From the NCBI GenBank assembly GCA_012961955.1, contig DTYH01000048.1:1-62563 (forward strand): 62,563 nt of DNA, in the 5' to 3' direction. The translations under genes and the position numbers were made by a program. Position 1 is the first letter of the stretch, and the number at the start of each line of letters is the position of its first letter. This document shows positions 9,294 through 19,943 of the stretch, piece after piece. Origin of the DNA: Desulfobacterales bacterium (GTDB lineage Bacteria; Desulfobacterota; Desulfobacteria; Desulfobacterales; DTYH01). A model generated the notes under the pieces. It did not search any database. It was not told where the DNA came from and worked only from the letters and a program-made list of their open reading frames with translations.

Positions 9294-10199
9294 ATGAAGG
9301 TTGGCTTGATTAGCGATACGCATGGCGAACTGGAAAACCTAAGAGAAGCCTTAGAACAATTAACATCTATCTATAAGATTGAGAAGATTGTCCATCTTGG
9401 GGATGAGTGGGAAGATATAGAAGTTCTAAAAGGGGAGAAAGAGATCGAAGTTATTGTCGTTCCAGGGGTTTATGCAAGGGAGTATGCCGACCCTTCTATC
9501 CCCAATAGGATCATTCGAGAATTTAACGGCTGGCAGATTCTTTTTACCCATACGTGTAATGTACATGCCAATGACCTTCCAGAAGATCCTGATCCTCAGG
9601 AATTAGCTGCAACGCAAAGAGTAGATGTAGTTGCGCACGGACATACCCACGTTCCCTCAATTGAAGAAAAGGACTATGTTATCTGGGTTAACCCTGGACA
9701 TCTAAAATCGAAAGATAAGAAGGGCTACTCGCCCAGCTATGGAGTCTTGGATATTTCCCCAGAGAAGATAAGAGCGAGGATCGTCGATTTGGATAGTAAA
9801 GAAACCTTCTCTTATTATACTTTTGTGAAGAAGAAGGTTACCATACGTACCTCTTCTTTAAGATTAAGAGCGGTATTAAATGACACAAAAACTGCCCAGA
9901 AGATTTGGGAGGCACTGCCAATAGAACAGAAGGCCAACCTCTGGGGAGAAGAGATTTATTTTAGCACTCCTGTGCAGGAAGAGATAGAAGATGGAGAAGA
10001 GGTGGTACAGGCTGGGGATATAGGGTACTGGCCTCCAGCTCAAGCCATTTGTTTGTTTTTTGGCCCAACCCCTGCATCCAAAGGGAATGAGATCCGTCCC
10101 TACAGCCCTGTAACAGTAGTGGGGAAGATAGTCGATGATCCAAGAGATCTAAAAGGGGTGGGCGAAAAAGAAGTAATTAAACTTGACCGCCTGTGGTAG
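9294..10199 (+). CDS. metallophosphoesterase (YfcE/MJ0936-like) fused to a cyclophilin-like domain (TM1367-type)
   Basis: N-terminal half has GLISDTHG, HLGD and AHGHTH motifs. C-terminal half has NLWGEEIYFSTPV...AGDIGYWPPAQAICLFFGPTP, as in the small cyclophilin-like fold proteins. AGGAG lies 10 nt before the ATG at 9294. Confidence 0.8.
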   Translation: MKVGLISDTHGELENLREALEQLTSIYKIEKIVHLGDEWEDIEVLKGEKEIEVIVVPGVYAREYADPSIPNRIIREFNGWQILFTHTCNVHANDLPEDPDPQELAATQRVDVVAHGHTHVPSIEEKDYVIWVNPGHLKSKDKKGYSPSYGVLDISPEKIRARIVDLDSKETFSYYTFVKKKVTIRTSSLRLRAVLNDTKTAQKIWEALPIEQKANLWGEEIYFSTPVQEEIEDGEEVVQAGDIGYWPPAQAICLFFGPTPASKGNEIRPYSPVTVVGKIVDDPRDLKGVGEKEVIKLDRLW

Positions 10200-10356
10200 A
10201 AGGGGTCAAGAATATGCCGAACAGCGTTAGAGAGAGTTTTGTCGCTGGGTTAGAAGGGCAGGGCGAAGATGAGCGATGAATTGGTCCACGAACACTCCCC
10301 CGAACGGGGCCTGTGAGGTGTCGGCCCCCACATTGACATAGGAAAAAGAGTAGACA

Positions 10357-11253
10357 GTGATACTCCTAGGCGCTCATTTTTCGATTGCAAACGGTTTGCA
10401 CCAGGCCATACACACGGCACGCGATTATGGATGCAATACCCTTCAAATATTTACCAAGAATGCCAGTACCTGGAAAGAAAGGGACATAACAAAGAAAGAA
10501 ATCGATCTCTTTAATCAGGCGCGTGAGGAGGCCGGAATTGAGAGTATCTTTTCCCACGATTCGTACCTGATCAATTTAGCCTCACCAGAAGAGAAAAAAT
10601 ACCGGATGTCAAAGAGGGCCATGCTACGAGAGATTAATCGATGCGCATTGTTACAGATACCGTTTCTGGTGATGCATCCTGGTTCTCACCGTGATAGTGG
10701 GGAAGTTGCAGGAATGATCCGTATTGCAGATGGTATTAATGCTGTGTTGGACAAGGCTGGGTCGTGTCAGGTACGAATACTCCTTGAAACCACGGCCGGG
10801 CAAGGGTCAAGTCTGGGCAGAACCTTTGAGGAGCTTGCCTTTATCATAGAAAAGGTGGAAGACAAAAACAGGATTGGCGTATGCCTGGATACTTGCCATA
10901 TCTTTGCCGCGGGATACGACATCCGAACAAAGGCTTCATATCTGGAGACTATAGAGTCCTTTGACCGCATCCTTGGCCTTAAAAACCTTCACCTTATACA
11001 CTTAAATGATTCCAAAAAGGGCTTGGGGAGTCGAATGGATCGACATGAACATATCGGAGAGGGGGCTATAGGAGAGGATGGGTTTAGGTTTTTTTTGAAT
11101 GACTCCCGACTGGATAGACTCCCTTTTATACTTGAGACCCCGAAGGAAAAGGATGGTATTGAATATGATCAAACCAATCTTAATCGGGTTCGTCGGCTTG
11201 CGGGTGAAGAAATCTGCGTGAAAGTGTCACCAAAAACAGGTAAAGATGTATGA
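10357..11253 (+). CDS. nfo: endonuclease IV
   Basis: LLGAHFSIANGL...CNTLQIFTKN...LVMHPGS...ETTAGQG...CLDTCH...HLNDS pattern of AP endonuclease family 2. GTG start. Confidence 0.9.
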   Translation: MILLGAHFSIANGLHQAIHTARDYGCNTLQIFTKNASTWKERDITKKEIDLFNQAREEAGIESIFSHDSYLINLASPEEKKYRMSKRAMLREINRCALLQIPFLVMHPGSHRDSGEVAGMIRIADGINAVLDKAGSCQVRILLETTAGQGSSLGRTFEELAFIIEKVEDKNRIGVCLDTCHIFAAGYDIRTKASYLETIESFDRILGLKNLHLIHLNDSKKGLGSRMDRHEHIGEGAIGEDGFRFFLNDSRLDRLPFILETPKEKDGIEYDQTNLNRVRRLAGEEICVKVSPKTGKDV

Positions 11254-11381
11254 ATGAATAGGTTCTTGTTCAGTCTCCTCTGAACTCTAAGCCTAATATA
11301 CCAATATCGTCATTTGGCTCGGCATTTCCTCCAAACTCCACCATTGATTCTATTACGCTGTCGAGCTTGGCCGGTATGGGC

Positions 11382-12470
11382 TTATCCTTTAATCTTTTTT
11401 AATCTTTGCAATTCAGAATAAAAATGATCTGGGCCAAATAGTAGATTCTTTTTACCTTGATACTCTTGGATACCGTCTGTGTAAATAAATAGCTTGTCTC
11501 CTCCAAGAAGCTCTCTATCGCCTTCCCTAAACGGAACACAGCCGCCACCAATTCCGATAATCGTTCCACCATCTCTTAATACATCAATGGTACTCTTTTT
11601 ACGGAGCACGACAGGCGGTGGATGGCCTGCGTTGGCGTATCGCAGATGCCCTGTCCTAGTATTTAGAATAATATAGGTAATGGTAAAGAATCTACTGAAG
11701 CGTTCAAATGGATACTGTTCGTCCAGCATCTTTAGGCCTTCGCTTGGCGGAACTATTTGATAATAAGGACTGTTGGGTATGCCTCTTTTCGTAAAGAAAA
11801 CTATTTGAGGCCTGAGAAGCTGCGAGACGGAGACGGCGATCAGTGCCGATGGCACACCGTGACTGGTGACGTCGTGCACATAGATAGCCCATTTGTCCTC
11901 GTCCAGGCCGAACATGTTGAATGTGTCTCCTCCCATCCTGTCACATGGCCTGAACCTCCAAGCCATATCTATGGTTTTGACGCCAAGGTGTGCACTTGTC
12001 AGGAGGCCCTGCTGAATCTCTGCAGCAGCCTTCAGGTTTTCGTCAAGCTGCTCCTTTCTTAGGAGATCTTTATTGGCCTTGATCAGCTTCTTAGCAAGAT
12101 CTCGAATCCTTAATCGAGATTTGACCCGCGCAAGTGTCTCTTCGCCGTCAATCGGTTTTGCTATGTATTGGGCACCACCTAGCTCCAGAATCCTTATCCT
12201 GTCCCTGTTCTCTGCCCTGTCTGTCATGTAAATGATCGGGATATTTGATGTCTGGAATCTGTTTCTTATTTCAGCACAAACCTCGTACGCATCCTGTCCT
12301 GACATCACCATATCCAGAATGATAAGATCAGGCTCATCCTCAACGCCTATCTTTAGCGCCTCCTCCCGATCTTTGGCAGAATGATGTCATACCCCGTCCC
12401 TGCCTAGAATGTGACTCAACACCTTTCTGTTGACAGGATCATCATCCAAGATAAGAATCTTGTCAGGCAT
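11382..12470 (-). pseudogene. response-regulator receiver fused to PP2C/SpoIIE phosphatase (RsbU-like), interrupted
   Basis: MPDKILILDDDPVNRKVLSHILGRDGV, then an in-frame TGA (12387-12389), then HHSAKDREEALKIGVEDEPDLIILDMVMSGQDAYEV..., followed by a PP2C domain (GGDTF...YTDG). Confidence 0.75.
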
Positions 12471-12544
12471 AATTGCTCCAAACCCAGTGTTACCTTGATC
12501 GGCGTTCTTGTAAGAGGTCAATTTTGTTTACTCCGCAGGAGGGC

Positions 12545-12723
12545 GTAGTTCTGTAACAGGGTTGACTTCGTGAGCATTCTGGCGGACTTGAGATGTTCAG
12601 CTAAAATGCTGAAACTCGGGCTTTCACCCTCAAACAGCTAGCATTTTTTGACGGCGAACACCTCAAGTGCTCTTTTCCCAAAATGCTCAAGGTCGTTCAC
12701 AAAAGACTTTTTACGAGATCATC
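12545..12723. mobile_element. family-1 MITE, long form with degenerate left end
   Basis: The interior (CGTGAGCATTCTGG...GCTAAAATGC...) and right terminus GTCGTTCACAAAAGACTTTTTACGAGATCATC match the other long copies. Confidence 0.65.
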
Positions 12724-12724
12724 T

Positions 12725-12864
12725 AAATTGAGCGTTACGAATTTTAATATCATTAACATACCGGTGTTGTTTCAACAACTTGTATTCCCTAGTTCTGCTT
12801 GCCGAAACAACCCATTGGGTGGCAACTCTCGATAAACAGCACAAAAATTTGTAACGCCCAATTT
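12725..12864. repeat. 140-bp element bounded by 21-nt inverted repeats
   Basis: AAATTGAGCGTTACGAATTTT (12725-12745) against the reverse complement of AAAATTTGTAACGCCCAATTT (12844-12864), with 2 mismatches. Confidence 0.7.
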
Positions 12865-13094
12865 AGGTTTCATTAACTTGAGGAATATGCTACCCCAGAG
12901 GACGTGAGGTTTAACGCAGTGACTCTTCCCCCTAGCGGCTCCTCAACGGCAAAGGGAAAATCTTCACTCCCTCTGTTTTTGGGGCGTCTACGGTGCGACA
13001 CAAGCTTCTATTCGGTTAATGACTTAGATATACTATCTATCCGTGATCCCTACTAATGAAATAAGAAGGGCTTTTAGTGGGCACTGAAGATGAC

Positions 13095-13191
13095 GATCCT
13101 GTAAAGAGTCCAATTTTGCTCTCTACATGAGCCACTTTGGGATTCAGAATTTCGCAATGTCATTCGCAAGACGACTTTTTACGAAACCATC
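13095..13191. mobile_element. family-1 MITE, intermediate form
   Basis: GATCCTGTAAAGAGTCCAATTTTGCTC...GACTTTTTACGAAACCATC. The right terminus overlaps the TGA stop of the DUF4301 gene. Confidence 0.7.
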
Positions 13192-14764
13192 AAAGATTCT
13201 TGTGTTCATCCCGGAGCAGGTCGTTGATCGTCTTCACGGGGTTGAAGGTAATTATCGGGACCTCTACAAAGACTGTGATCCAGTCGGCCATGGCCCCGTT
13301 CCAGAGGCCTGGAAGTTCGAGTGCCTTAAGGTCTCTGCCGTCTTTTGTTTTCCGGGAGATAAAGACTGCGTCAGTGTCCACATAACGCCTCAGGTCAAAA
13401 TGGTTTCCCCTATAATCACGGACACCGCATACAATATCAACAGGGTTGAAGTGAGTGGCTGAAGAAAGTATAGACTGTTGTTCTTCAGATTCTGGATCGA
13501 CCTGGGCACTCTCTACTATTTGGAGAGAAAGGGCTCCGTCCTCTCCCATAACCCAAAAAGGGCCTCCCCCAGGTTCTCCAACATTTTTGACCATCCCGCA
13601 TACCCGTAAGGGACGATTGAGCCTTGAAAGTAAGAAATCCAGCTTCTCTTTTTCCGACTCAAGCTTTTGACCTTCAGGTGGTTCTATATGGAGATTCTTT
13701 TTTGCAAAACTTAGAGATTCCTCAATAAGCTCCTTTCCAGCCCCCTCACCTGTAATCCTCTCCAGATAGCCAAAGATCCTTTTCTGGAGTTCAAGGAGGT
13801 ATCCCCCAAGAATCCTTTTCCATAAAAAAGTAGGATCCTTTAGCCGGTCTGGTACTACGTTATCTATGTTCTTAATATATAGAACATCCCCCTTAAGATC
13901 GTTCAGGTTTTCAATAAGAGCACCATGGCCACCTGGTCGAAAGAGGAGAGTCCCATCCTCCAGCCGGAATGGCTTGTCTTCCAGATCGACAGCTATGGTA
14001 TCCGTGGATCGTTTTTGCAGGGAAAAATCTACCTGAAATCGCACGTTGTATTCCTTTTCATACCGGGGCCCCACCTTCTCAAGGAGCCTTTTGAATTCCT
14101 TTAGATGCTCCGGACGCACGGTAAAATGAAGCCGACACATACCCCTTCTATCCTTGACGTAATTTGCGGCTTCGACTAAGTGTTCCTCAAAAGCTGTTCG
14201 GTTACCATTGGGGTAGCGGTGGAATCTGATGAGTCCTTTGGGAAGAGAGGCATAGTTCAAGCCTTTTGAGGTCAATAAATATTCGAGTATCTCTGTAAAG
14301 CGGCCTTCATCTACAAGCCTATCTGTATCAAGCCCATCCCTTGCCATCACCGACTTCAGGTCGTCGAAAAAGGCAAAATCCTTTATACCGTCCATGAACG
14401 AAAGAATATCCTTAAACTTAGTATCTCCTTCATCGGCCTTAGCAGCAATATGATTACGGTCAATCTCTTGGTCACTGTTTTTGAACCACAAGAGCACCTT
14501 GAACATCCGGCTGGCTGCACCAGAAGCCGGTACGAACTTCATGAGACGACCAGTGTCCGCGGCCTCCTGATGATGCCCGATAAGTCTCTCGAACTCACTC
14601 TCGGGAATCCTTTGGATACCATCACCTATGGTGCATGGGCGGACTAAGGTGAGATACGATCCTCCTTTCTTGAATAGCTCTATTTGAGACATCACGTGCT
14701 CCTCGGTGATCCCAAGGGCCCTGATCTGATCTAGATCTTCATCCCTGAGGACTAAATAACCCAT
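13190..14764 (-). CDS. DUF4301-family protein
   Basis: N-terminal LRDEDLDQIRALGITEEHVMSQIELFKKG...KFVPASGAASRMFK pattern characteristic of DUF4301. GGAGGTG SD precedes the ATG at 14764; the track ORF starts 13 codons earlier. Confidence 0.75.
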   Translation of the reverse strand: MGYLVLRDEDLDQIRALGITEEHVMSQIELFKKGGSYLTLVRPCTIGDGIQRIPESEFERLIGHHQEAADTGRLMKFVPASGAASRMFKVLLWFKNSDQEIDRNHIAAKADEGDTKFKDILSFMDGIKDFAFFDDLKSVMARDGLDTDRLVDEGRFTEILEYLLTSKGLNYASLPKGLIRFHRYPNGNRTAFEEHLVEAANYVKDRRGMCRLHFTVRPEHLKEFKRLLEKVGPRYEKEYNVRFQVDFSLQKRSTDTIAVDLEDKPFRLEDGTLLFRPGGHGALIENLNDLKGDVLYIKNIDNVVPDRLKDPTFLWKRILGGYLLELQKRIFGYLERITGEGAGKELIEESLSFAKKNLHIEPPEGQKLESEKEKLDFLLSRLNRPLRVCGMVKNVGEPGGGPFWVMGEDGALSLQIVESAQVDPESEEQQSILSSATHFNPVDIVCGVRDYRGNHFDLRRYVDTDAVFISRKTKDGRDLKALELPGLWNGAMADWITVFVEVPIITFNPVKTINDLLRDEHKNL

Positions 14765-15033
14765 CTTTCCACCTCCATGATTATTGTGATGGTAACTTTT
14801 CACCTCGTGAACAGGTTTACTTATGATCCTCTATTGAAGGAGGTCGCCCCGCGAACAGCTGAGGATGTACATTATGATCATTTTCACATGGCTTCCATCC
14901 CTCTCGGTTTAAAAAAAATCCTGTCAAACAAATCAGACTTTGTCAAGGATGAACTCCCATGCCGCGTGCTATAATCCTGAGATTACTTGTAGGTATCTAG
15001 CCAAACAAGGTGTCTTCAGGTAACGCTTTAGAC

Positions 15034-15378
15034 GTAGGAATTCGTTTACCCGGAAGGGTTGTACATTGACCCGCGGGATTAAGGATTCAGTGGTAAGGAT
15101 TAAGGGGTAAGGGAGGGGTCAATTATCTTTTTTCATGAGGGAAAACCCGAGAAGCCCGCCTATTAGCTCTGAGGGCAACGAGAATGTTTGCGAGGCACAC
15201 CTAAGCGTTTGGCTATGGCACGGAAGATACTTGCAGTTACAGCTCTAGGCAATGGCATTAAGTCTGAGCCATTCGTACTGGCTATACGAAATTTTGACCT
15301 CATGCAAAAAAATGTATTGTGGCCACTGCGTTTTACCCATGATCCGCTGAGAAACGGAACGGTCAACCGAATATCTAC
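15034..15378. mobile_element. family-2 MITE, copy A
   Basis: L end GTAGGAATTCGTTTACCCGGAAGGGTTGTACATT, R end GAAACGGAACGGTCAACCGAATATCTAC. The flanks CTTTAGAC and CTTAAGAC look like an 8-bp target duplication. It carries an extra TAAGG-rich insert at 15078-15117. Confidence 0.75.
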
Positions 15379-15691
15379 CTTAAGACCTTGAAAAAAGTGT
15401 AGAGAAGTCAATCCTGTGAACAGTCTTGAAGAATTCATCTCCTTTGAGGTTAGGTAAGACGTGCTCATCCGGGGGCGGGATTCCTTATTGACAAAGAAAA
15501 CTTTTGTATTATTTTTGTTCAATAATTGTGTGGGTAAAATAGTAGGCGGTTACGGCGATTGAAGAACTACATGTCTTCCAGGATGGGGGCATAGGCTTAG
15601 AGCTACAAACGGGTGGCACTTTGCAGGTGATATGTCTGGGAGGTCACTTTCGTGGCTAAATCTTATCTAACTCTTCGGATATCGATTGAAA

Positions 15692-16627
15692 ATGATCGAG
15701 ATCAAAAACCTTACCAAACGGTTTGGAGGACTTACAGCGATCAACAATATCTCTTTCCATGTGGCTCATGGAGAGATTCTTGGTTTTTTGGGACCAAACG
15801 GGGCTGGGAAGACAACCACTATCCGGATCCTGACAGGTTTTTTTCCGCCTACGTCAGGTTCAGCAAAGGTGGACGGGCTTGATGTCTTTGATGATTCTCT
15901 CGAGGTTCGAAAACGTTTGGGATACCTGCCTGAAAATGTTCCTCTTTATAATGATATGAGGGTGTCATCCTACCTTGGGTTTGCTGCTTCACTCAAAGGT
16001 GTACCAAAGGAAAGGGGTGAAAAAGAGGTTGACCGGGTCATTAACACATGCGGTCTGCAACCGGTAAGGGACCGGTTTATAGGTAAGATATCAAAGGGGT
16101 TCAGGCAGCGGGTAGGGATTGCTCAGGCTATCATAGGAGATCCCGATGTGCTGATCCTGGACGAACCCACAGTAGGGCTCGACCCCAAACAGATCATAGA
16201 AATTCGGGAATTGATCAGGAGCTTCTCTGGTCAGAAGACTGTGATCTTGAGCAGTCACATACTCCCTGAGGTAAGTATGACTTGTGGGAGGGTCGTCATT
16301 ATAAACGAGGGAAGGATTGTTGCCGAAGACACCCCTGAAAACCTGACAGGGAAGGATAGCTCGAGGGTGATGCTGGAAATAGAGGGGCCGGATAAAGAAA
16401 TTGTGGAGAAACTACGGACTTTGCACGGAGTTACGAATGTATCAGTTGATGCATACCCTGGAGGAGGTTCAAGTCGATACACTGTGGAGATGGAAAAAGG
16501 TAAGGATGTACGTGGGTTGCTGGCACAATCAGTAGTAGAATCTGGGTGGAGACTCCTGGAGATGCGCTCAAGCAAACCGAGCCTGGAAGACGTTTTTATT
16601 AGGCTGGTTACAGAGGAAGTGGAGTAG
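15692..16627 (+). CDS. ABC transporter ATP-binding protein (ABC-2/GldA-like)
   Basis: Walker A GPNGAGKTTT, signature-like SKGFRQR, Walker B LILDEP. The track ORF starts at TTG 15686; the ATG is at 15692. Confidence 0.9.
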   Translation: MIEIKNLTKRFGGLTAINNISFHVAHGEILGFLGPNGAGKTTTIRILTGFFPPTSGSAKVDGLDVFDDSLEVRKRLGYLPENVPLYNDMRVSSYLGFAASLKGVPKERGEKEVDRVINTCGLQPVRDRFIGKISKGFRQRVGIAQAIIGDPDVLILDEPTVGLDPKQIIEIRELIRSFSGQKTVILSSHILPEVSMTCGRVVIINEGRIVAEDTPENLTGKDSSRVMLEIEGPDKEIVEKLRTLHGVTNVSVDAYPGGGSSRYTVEMEKGKDVRGLLAQSVVESGWRLLEMRSSKPSLEDVFIRLVTEEVE

Positions 16628-16628
16628 G

Positions 16629-17396
16629 ATGAGAAACTTTATGGCCGTAGTCAGAAGAGAGCTATACGTTTACTTTTCGTCCCCCATTGCGTACGTGGTC
16701 CTCACCATTTTTTTGCTCCTCTGCGGATATTTCTTTTACAGCGCATTTGCGTACTTTAGCATAGTAAGTATGCAAACCATGCGAATGCCGTATGCTGCAG
16801 GGATTAATGTCAACGAGATGGTACTGGAGCCTCTGTTTAGCAACATGAGTGTTATTATGCTCTTAGTGATGCCCCTACTCACCATGCGGCTATTTGCAGA
16901 AGAGAAGCGATCAGGGACGTTGGAGCTCATATTGAGCTATCCTGTTCGTGAGATTGAGCTCCTGCTCGGCAAGTTTGCAGCCTGCCTTTTGGTATTCTGC
17001 CTCATGCTCGCACTAACCGGCCTTTACCCTTTACTAATCTTGATCTATGCAAAACCAGACATAGGGCCGATCATAACAGCCTATCTTGGTCTCTTTCTTC
17101 TGGGGAGCGCCTTTATAGCTCTGGGGATTATGGTATCATCCACAACCGAGAATCAGATTATAGCGGCAGCTATCTCCTTTGGGGCGTTGTTGATGTTCTG
17201 GCTCATAGGTTGGGGCCAATCGTTTGCTGGATCAGGTTTGGGCAAGATTCTTGTTCACCTTTCGTTGCTTGAGCATTTCGATAGATTTACCAAGGGTCTT
17301 ATAGATACCCGGGATATAGTGTACTACATCAGCTTTAGTCTATTCTTTCTTTTTCTCACCTTGCGTTCTCTGGAGTCCAAGCGATGGCGTGGATAG
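16629..17396 (+). CDS. ABC-2 type permease (GldF-like)
   Basis: 255-aa multi-TM protein immediately after the ATPase. EEKRSGTLELILSYP motif typical of ABC-2 permeases. Confidence 0.85.
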   Translation: MRNFMAVVRRELYVYFSSPIAYVVLTIFLLLCGYFFYSAFAYFSIVSMQTMRMPYAAGINVNEMVLEPLFSNMSVIMLLVMPLLTMRLFAEEKRSGTLELILSYPVREIELLLGKFAACLLVFCLMLALTGLYPLLILIYAKPDIGPIITAYLGLFLLGSAFIALGIMVSSTTENQIIAAAISFGALLMFWLIGWGQSFAGSGLGKILVHLSLLEHFDRFTKGLIDTRDIVYYISFSLFFLFLTLRSLESKRWRG

Positions 17397-18979
17397 ATCG
17401 AAACAGACTTTTCAATATTCTGGGATACGCAGGGTTTACCCTGTGTGTGGTTACTGCGATTGCCTACGGAATAATGCCGGAGAAGATCCAATATATCTGG
17501 ATCGGATGGCTGATAGGTGGACCGGGCGTAATGGCCTATGTGGTAGGTAACTTTGAGACCGTAAAGACCTACCTTAAAAGGCGTTCGGCCCGCTACGGAG
17601 CAAATGCTGCGGTCTTGGTCATGCTCTTTCTTGGAGTCCTTGTGTTTGTGGAGGCGATTTCAGCGATCCATTACCTTCAATTTGATCTCACTGCTAATAA
17701 GTATTATACGCTCTCTGATCAGACAATAAGACTACTGCAGGGGCTTACCGAGCCTGTTCATGTAACAGCCTTTTTTCAAGAGGCCGCCAGAACTCGAGAA
17801 GAGGCAAAGGACCTTCTGAGTCAATACGCCAACGTATCCAGGAGATTCACTTTCGAATTTGTAGATCCAGATCGATTCCCGGGCAAGGCAAGACGATACA
17901 AGGTAACCACATACGGGACAATCGTTCTCGAGTGCGGTACCCGGGATCAAAAGGTAACTGAATTAAGCGAGGAAAAACTGACAAATGCTCTCTTAAGGCT
18001 TATCCGAAAAGGGGAGAAAGTGGTCTATTTTCTTTCCGGCCATGGGGAGAAATCGATCGAAGACCGCAAAAAAGGGGGCTACAGTACTGTAAAGGAGGCC
18101 ATACAAGATCAGAACTATGCAGTAAAAGAGCTTCTTTTGATGAGAGCCCATGAGGTTCCTGAGGATGCAGCAGTGCTCATCGTTCCGGGTCCTCAAAAAC
18201 CGCTTTTCCCTATTGAGCTCGAGATGCTTGAAGGGTTTATCGATCGTGGTGGTCATATCTTTATCCTGCTCGACCCGGAGACACAGACCGGTCTCGAAAA
18301 ATTCTTGAAAGAGTATGGTATCGAAGTAGGCAATGACATTATAATAGACAAGTTGAGTCGGCTCTTTGGCGGAGACTACTTGACGCCCATTGTATCTAAG
18401 TATGCCCTCAATCATCCGATAACCAAGAACTTTAATACTGCTTCCTTTTTCCCCGTTGCGCGATCTGTTGCTCCTGCTGACATAGATGACCCTGAGGTAG
18501 AGACCACCAGGCTGGCATTTACAGGAGAGAGCAGCTGGGCAGAGACCGATCTTGAAAAACTAGAGAAGGGGCGTGCCTCCTTTGATGAGGAGAAGGATAA
18601 GAGGGGTCCGGTTCCGGTAGCAGTGGTATCCACCGTTAAAATTGACAAGAGTAAGAAAGGAAAAGAAGAGGAGAAGAACAAAGAAGAAGGAGGGAATAAG
18701 TCCGTTTCCGTCCATGCCCGAATTGTGGTCTTCGGAGATTCGGATTTTGCAAGTAATAGTTACCTTAATCTTTCAGGGAACCGTGATCTCTTTCTAAACA
18801 CATTAAGCTGGCTGGCTGAAGAGGAGGACTTGATATCGATTCGGCCCAAAAAGAGGGAGAATACCCCTGTGGTCCTCTCCTATACCCAGGGGCGTGTTAT
18901 ATTCTGGTCGTCTGTGATATTACTCCCAGGGGTTGTATTGGTTATCGGTATTATTGTATTCCGCAGCAAAGGGTCGTGA
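17384..18979 (+). CDS. GldG-family ABC-transporter auxiliary protein
   Basis: N- and C-terminal TM segments flank a large domain, with the NKYYTLSDQT motif. It overlaps the permease stop. Confidence 0.8.
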   Translation: MAWIDRNRLFNILGYAGFTLCVVTAIAYGIMPEKIQYIWIGWLIGGPGVMAYVVGNFETVKTYLKRRSARYGANAAVLVMLFLGVLVFVEAISAIHYLQFDLTANKYYTLSDQTIRLLQGLTEPVHVTAFFQEAARTREEAKDLLSQYANVSRRFTFEFVDPDRFPGKARRYKVTTYGTIVLECGTRDQKVTELSEEKLTNALLRLIRKGEKVVYFLSGHGEKSIEDRKKGGYSTVKEAIQDQNYAVKELLLMRAHEVPEDAAVLIVPGPQKPLFPIELEMLEGFIDRGGHIFILLDPETQTGLEKFLKEYGIEVGNDIIIDKLSRLFGGDYLTPIVSKYALNHPITKNFNTASFFPVARSVAPADIDDPEVETTRLAFTGESSWAETDLEKLEKGRASFDEEKDKRGPVPVAVVSTVKIDKSKKGKEEEKNKEEGGNKSVSVHARIVVFGDSDFASNSYLNLSGNRDLFLNTLSWLAEEEDLISIRPKKRENTPVVLSYTQGRVIFWSSVILLPGVVLVIGIIVFRSKGS

Positions 18980-18980
18980 C

Positions 18981-19943
18981 ATGTACGGTAGAAAGATAGT
19001 TATCCTGTCCATTATATTATGTATATTAGTAGGGTTTTACTATTTTTATGACACCCAGTGGGTGGCAAAGCAGAAAGAGGAGGAATCAGAAGCCAAAAGG
19101 ATCTTTACCTACGCTGTCGAAACAGTGGAACAGATTCGTCTCAAGAACCCTAAAGGTAGTGTGGTGCTTGAAAAAAAGGGGAAAGATTGGTTTATACGGG
19201 AGCCTTTTCATGCGTTGGCTGATACCTGGTCAGTGGAACAGATAATCAATACGGTTGCCAATGAAAAGTGGGAACGCAAGCTTGAGCCTCTCCCAAAGGA
19301 TCTTAAGGTTTTTGGTTTGAGCAGACCGCAGACCGAGATCACGTTCACAGGAACGGAGCTTAAACGCCCGTGGACACTATATGTGGGCGGTGAGAATCCA
19401 ACCAATACACTATTATACCTCAGGGTCGATCATGAACCCTGTCTGTTTATGGTACGCCCCTATTTCAGGAACTATCTTGACAAGTCAGCAGACGATCTTC
19501 GGGATAAGCATGTCTTCAGGTTTGACAAGGAGGATGTCTTCAGGGTCGCTTGGCAGGTAGCCGGAAAGTTTTTTGAGGGCGAAAAGAAGGAAGGAAGGTG
19601 GCACCTGATCAAGCCCGAAGGAGAAGACATACCCTCTGAAGATATAGAGAGCTTGATCTGGCAGCTAAAGAGTCTTACATTCAGGAAGGTGATAGAGAAA
19701 CCTAACCATCTATTGTCTTACTATGGCCTGGCAAAGCCCACGGCTTCGGTGCAGCTAATGAACGAGAAGGGTATACTAATCGGAGAAATAAACTTTGGGC
19801 AAAAACAGAAACCGTCACCAACCTATTTTGCGAGGACAGGAAAGAGTGAAGCTATTTATGAACTGAACTACAACGTTGTGAAGGGATTTCCAGGTCAGAA
19901 ATCAAAAACAGAGGGTAAACCAAAGGAAAACAAGGGTAATTAA
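18981..19943 (+). CDS. DUF4340-domain protein
   Basis: N-terminal TM helix, then repeated beta-rich modules ([21 protein letters not shown]). Usual partner downstream of GldG-type genes. Confidence 0.7.
   Translation: MYGRKIVILSIILCILVGFYYFYDTQWVAKQKEEESEAKRIFTYAVETVEQIRLKNPKGSVVLEKKGKDWFIREPFHALADTWSVEQIINTVANEKWERKLEPLPKDLKVFGLSRPQTEITFTGTELKRPWTLYVGGENPTNTLLYLRVDHEPCLFMVRPYFRNYLDKSADDLRDKHVFRFDKEDVFRVAWQVAGKFFEGEKKEGRWHLIKPEGEDIPSEDIESLIWQLKSLTFRKVIEKPNHLLSYYGLAKPTASVQLMNEKGILIGEINFGQKQKPSPTYFARTGKSEAIYELNYNVVKGFPGQKSKTEGKPKENKGN

Noticed and set aside
12387-12389. In-frame TGA in the receiver-PP2C gene as selenocysteine or stop-codon recoding
   Set aside because: Other genes here terminate at TGA (13190-13192, 46224-46226). 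The position is a non-conserved receiver residue, and I saw no obvious SECIS-like hairpin just downstream. A paired indel restores a consensus-like GYDIIL.
15078-15117. TAAGG/ATTAAGG-rich tandem stretch inside family-2 copy A (similar motif at 47574-47613)
   Set aside because: Short and irregular with no spacer periodicity. This is simple-sequence expansion, not a CRISPR or structured array.
15216-15235. TGGCAC...TTGCA in the family-2 core (also 31179-31198), resembling a sigma-54 -24/-12 promoter
   Set aside because: The spacing between the GG and GC elements is about 4 nt too long, and the motif is not conserved in copy C.
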